Of a DNA stretch of 64,000 bases, positions 59,451 to 64,000 are shown piece after piece. Numbering within the stretch: the first letter of the stretch is position 1; every line of letters starts with the position of its first letter. The notes beneath the pieces were generated by a model. That model had not been told where the DNA came from. It did not search any database and saw nothing but the letters and a program-made list of their open reading frames with translations. This DNA comes from Macrostomum hystrix (Eukaryota > Animalia > Platyhelminthes): contig CATNEN010000041.1 in the NCBI GenBank assembly GCA_950097015.1, forward strand, positions 3,596,001 through 3,660,000. The letters run 5' to 3'. The position numbers and the translations under genes were made by a program.

Positions 59451-60764
59451 TAATGTTTTATTTGATTTTAAATAATTTAAAAGTACATTGAGTCTGTAGC
59501 TATTGAATGCCAATTTCTTTAAATATTGTAAGAGTGAGTGAAGCAGCTATGTTCAAACTTAGAATGAATTGTAAATGTGTTGCTAAGAGCCTTGAAGTAT
59601 AACTTAAAGTGAGCCCACGAACCGAGTCCATACAGTCATGGCGGTAATTGGGGGGCTCGTATAGAGCCACAGGTCGGATCCGCGGCGAGCCGACATTAAT
59701 TAATGTATTAATTAATACATTAATTCGGGGTGCATGTAATTTGCGCCCTTGATCGAGGCAAAGCTCAAAGTGAGTGCACAATTCATGACGATGCGAAAGT
59801 CTGGGAAGGTCTTCTTGCACCTGTGTGAGCGTATGCCACGTAATCGTACTGTACGAGTATAAATGGATGTGCTGTATCTGTGTTCTCAGGGCGAGTTGAG
59901 ACCACATTTAGACCCTTACAGAATGCACTGCGCACCTTACAGGATTACAGGATATATGTAAGATACGAGCTACTTGAGGACTACTTATGCAGTTGCCATT
60001 ACTGTCAGTAGTATATGGCTGACCCAATCGATTGAGGTCAAAATCTTTGTCTGAAGTTCTATTGGAAATCAATCTAGAAATAATTTGGTACATGACTGAA
60101 TTGGTTTGATGACTTAAAACGATTCCTACTCGATTTTTTAAGTACGAGTATTAGCCTGGAAAGTCACCTACAAAAATGACTGAAATACATCTGGGAGATA
60201 CACTACGAATTGGGTGAAATTCTGACGCCGCAGGCTTTCTTATTGACTCCGGTTTTCGACGGGGATCGCTTCTACGTCTATCCCAGAGTACGGGGCATCA
60301 AATCCCACCGAGACCCATCAAAATTAAGGGGCATCCCGAAATCACTTTTGTCAGTGGCACCCCCTCAAAACGACAAGTAGAGCCAGACAGGGGTATACTG
60401 ACTTTGAGCGAATCCCATTGAGAACCGCTTCATCTAGAGGCACGTCGGATGTTGTTAATCCCGTCGATAGATCTGAAGCCGTTGTCCGCTGGCTCATTTG
60501 CTAGCGGATCATTTGCTACATGACTGAGTTTGTTTGATGACTTTAAATGATTTCTACTCGACTTTATTAACCTGGAAAGTCACCTAGTCACACTCACTCA
60601 GACTCTAGTAAAATTAAATATTGCGATTTTAAATTTGTTGCGTGTCTTAAGTTGTATACGAGCGTACAATACATGTTTATGTACCAGAGTTAAGTTAATA
60701 AGATATTTTTGCTGAAACATTTTAATATATGTTAAATGTTAATTCGAGATCGCAGATCTTAACT

Positions 60765-61560
60765 GCTTCTTCTTCTTCTTCTGTTTCAGGGCGCCTCCGT
60801 GTGCGGACCAGCCGATGCGGATGGCAGTAAGTTCCGCGGTGAAACTGCTGCACCAGGCAATATTCATCGTGCCTGGCGGCTGCCACTGGGCGATAGCTGC
60901 CCCGCCTCCGTTGCGATTACCGGCTCCGACCGAGCCGTCCGTCCAGATGACCGCGGGGTCGGATTCAAGTAGCCGGACCGTGTCCCGGGCTCGCTCCTGC
61001 TTCTCGCTGGCGGGCATGTCGCGAGAGATGATGGTGGTCAGGGAGGTGTCGAAAGAAACTCCCGTGCAGTCCGACTCCCAAGGTGGCGGGCCCAGCGGCT
61101 GCGCGGCGCGTGGGTAATTGTTGAGTTGTCCGCTTTGGCCGAGTTCGTTAGCGATGCGGCGCCAGCATCCTCTGATGGGCCGCGCTGCGTCGGGCTCCAG
61201 GCCCGGAGCGCGCCTCTTGGTGGCGGCCGTGGTGGTGGTGTCGCCCTCGGCGTTCTGCTGTGTGGCGGGTGGTGTCCGCGCCGCGGCTTCGAAGGTGCGG
61301 TTCTTCATCCGGGGGCGCGTGTTTCTAGTAGCGATCTGGTGCGCGGGTGCAGCGTCTGGCAGCCGGGCCATACGCTCCAGGAGCATGCACGCGCGCTCCA
61401 TGGCGACGTGACTGACCGGCGGCTGGTTAGCGACGCCGAGCAGGTTCTCGTTGGTCGTCGTCTGGACGCAGCCGCTAATGAGGCGGGCGCAGGCATTCTG
61501 TTGTCTTTCCACGACGAGGTGCGTGCTCGGCTGCTGAGGCTGCTGCTTAACGGACTTGTC
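60765..61560 (-). mobile_element. Internally deleted non-LTR retrotransposon fragment with partial RNase H and (GAA)n tail
   Basis: ORF 60739-61512: AARLISGC..PPPW..VIWTDGSVGAGNRNGGGAA..CSSFTAELTAI, i.e. RNase H D and E motifs, fused abruptly to a 3' end GGCGCCCTGAAACAGAAGAAGAAGAAG. Confidence 0.8.
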
Positions 61561-62284
61561 CAGAACTCACTTTCCCATGGAGTTGTTACTGTAGACAAGC
61601 AAGCAGCTGTACTCAAGAGTACCTGAATCAGGTGCTGTGATCTTGCTAATATGTGATGTGACTAATGTAAAAGCTAGCCGGTGCATTTGCTTTCTATGGC
61701 ACAAAAAACTCAGAGGGGCCATTGGAACCACAATAAAATAAACCGACAATTGTTTTTCCCAACGTTCGAGGGTTAAAGGCTACGTAATTACAAAAGAACA
61801 CGGTACAGCGATTTAAGATTTCACATGCTGTACCAACGGCCCCGCGTCTAACGACCACGGGCTCTCGATAAGCGCTCGGCACTCATTATTTTTTGTTGCA
61901 CTGTTTAAAGTTTATTTAAACGTCAGCGTTGATGTTTAAAGTTTATTTTATGCAATACAAAGGAACGAAGAATTACGAGTATAAAGCACTCAATATATTG
62001 ACTTCAAATTAACAGGGAAACATGATATTCTTCTAGAGCATCTACAGTCTCCTATTTTTCATATCTTTTTTGTATGATACTATTCCCTTTGTATGATGTA
62101 TAGAAGTAGTTTTTCTATTACTGCTTCGTTTGCAGTTTAAATTTTATAAAAATAATTATTTTAACAAAAGCAAAAAACTAACTTGTTCGCTGACATCTTT
62201 GCCTTCAAGGCGATGTTAATGAGACTGCGATTATGACGTTCGCACAGAAGGTTTAATTTGTTTATTCACACTGAATGATCAAAT

Positions 62285-62552
62285 CCACGTCAAGGCTGCG
62301 ATGCAACTAGACCACCACGTCCAGGCTGCGATGCAACTAGACCACCACGTCCAGGCTGCGATGCAACTAGACCACCACGTCCAGGCTGCGATGCAACTAG
62401 ACCACCACGTCCAGGCTGCGATGCAACTAGACCACCACGTCCAGGCTGCGATGCAACTAGACCACCACGTCCAGGCTGCGATGCAACTAGACCACCACGT
62501 CCAGGCTGCGATGCAACTAGACCACCACGTCCAGGCTGCGATGCAACTAGAC
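62285..62552. repeat. 30-bp minisatellite, about 9 copies
   Basis: CCACGTCCAGGCTGCGATGCAACTAGACCA repeated head-to-tail almost perfectly, with no spacers. Confidence 0.97.
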
Positions 62553-64000
62553 AACCTGAATGCAACTGACTTTCAGAGTACGTTTCGAAGCCGAGAGTAA
62601 AACACAGAAATTTGATGCAAATACATTTTGCATCTTGTTGCAACCGCAAATACAACTATCAATACTAACATCACAGAAAACCAGAAATAGAGATTTTTGA
62701 TGAATAATCATTAAGGTGAGATCCTTGGTAGCGCACGGCTGCATTATAAATCATTGGATATCTTACCATCCTTTCAAGGTCGCGGAAAACATGCCTAACT
62801 CCACCTTGAGTGATATTAATTTGAGATGCTAAGATGGCTTTCTCTGCCGAAGAGAGTGTCTTGTATTTTTGACTTAGATATGCCAGGCGATCCTTTGAAA
62901 CTTTCCTAAATGTGAGAAAACCTGATATTAAGAATCAGAACGCAAGTAAAAAAGCAATAATTTAGGTAAAATGTTACATAGATTCTTTGCTCACATGAAC
63001 GTTTAAAGCATGAAGACAATCGTTACTCGTATATTTAAACTTCAAACTTAAAATTGACGAACGGAACAAAACAAAGAAATAAATATAGTTGTTGTAGTGC
63101 TTCTTCTAAAGTTACACTGTCCTTATAATTCAAATTCTCCCCTTAGTAATACATAATGTAAATGGTTGGCCTAATTTCCTTACTTACGCTCGTATTGTTT
63201 CCAGTCACCCAAAGTGACCTAGACAATCATTATTCCGCACCCATTTTTGGGTGGACTGATACAAACTACTGATAGTTTGGGTAGCGTGGCTCTTAACACG
63301 ATAACTCTAGCCTTCTGCCAGTAATATTCTAGATCTTAGATCTTAGATCTAGGCAATTCTGGAGACACTGCTCTCAGGTGATTCAGACACTAGGTCATAT
63401 AATTCAGGCTCTTTGGACAGTCTGTACTCGGGCTTTCCCCGGATCGGATTGTTCACGCTTCCACTTACTTTAGAAATAAGTAAGGCTGTTTAAGATTGCT
63501 CACGAAGAGATTTAACTGTTTCTTATAATAGGCTTTGAAACGGTTGTCCTTCCCTAGTAAAGTTGGTCTATATTTATAAATCGTTCCTAATATGCTGAGT
63601 GTATATTCGATATATTTGTGACATTTAAACAAATTAACATAGGTAAAATACTATTACTATACGCATAGAATATTTTTAGCGTGAATTTAAACTAGCCTAT
63701 TGCATATTCAAGTAAAAGCCTACCGTTTCCACAGCACGAAGACTTTACAAAACCCTAGGTAAACTTTGTAAATTAAGTTTGCCAAGAACGATATACTTTG
63801 TATGACTTGGCAAGTATGCAACGTTTGTCATGAATGCCTACTTCTAAGCACTTAACAACTTTTTTGTATTAAAAATTGTGAAAACAATTTATATAGGTAA
63901 ATATTGAGAAACCAATAAACGAGAGTCTGTGGTTCAACGAAAAGCAAATACAGTAAAATATTTTGTTTTGCTAAAGATATTACAAAACACAAAATAATTT

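Noticed and set aside
60739-61626. TSD for the RNase H LINE fragment
   Set aside because: Only a 6-bp CTTAAC match was seen near the ends, too weak to define boundaries.
62285-62552. CRISPR-like 30-bp repeats
   Set aside because: Units are head-to-tail with no unique spacers, there are no cas genes, and the context is eukaryotic.

Overview
Eukaryotic, intron-containing animal genomic DNA; the features are consistent with an invertebrate such as a flatworm, but the species cannot be determined from sequence alone. Four host genes are supported: (1) the 3' six exons of a vesicular glutamate transporter (VGLUT/eat-4, SLC17A6-8 family) at <1-3784 (+); (2) an intronless TWIK-type two-pore K+ channel at 6528-7490 (-); (3) a complete 13-exon ATG2 at 16648-37750 (-), whose hand-spliced exons give an in-frame 5994-nt CDS; (4) an intronless 999-aa LRR transmembrane receptor at 27414-30413 (+), nested antisense in ATG2 intron 3. 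The rest is mobile DNA and repeats. This includes a decayed AlkB dioxygenase-containing ORF with LINE ORF1 features cut by a hAT element, several hAT/TIR MITEs, two CORE-SINEs and RNase H-type LINE fragments. There is also a ~10 kb inverted repeat with satellite-bearing arms just upstream of ATG2, two solo LTRs with 4-bp TSDs and a Harbinger transposase remnant. A near-intact tyrosine-recombinase (DIRS/Ngaro-like) retrotransposon has a SAP domain at the gag N-terminus and RT, RNase H and YR in one ORF. All family calls come from manual motif recognition; no database searches were run.
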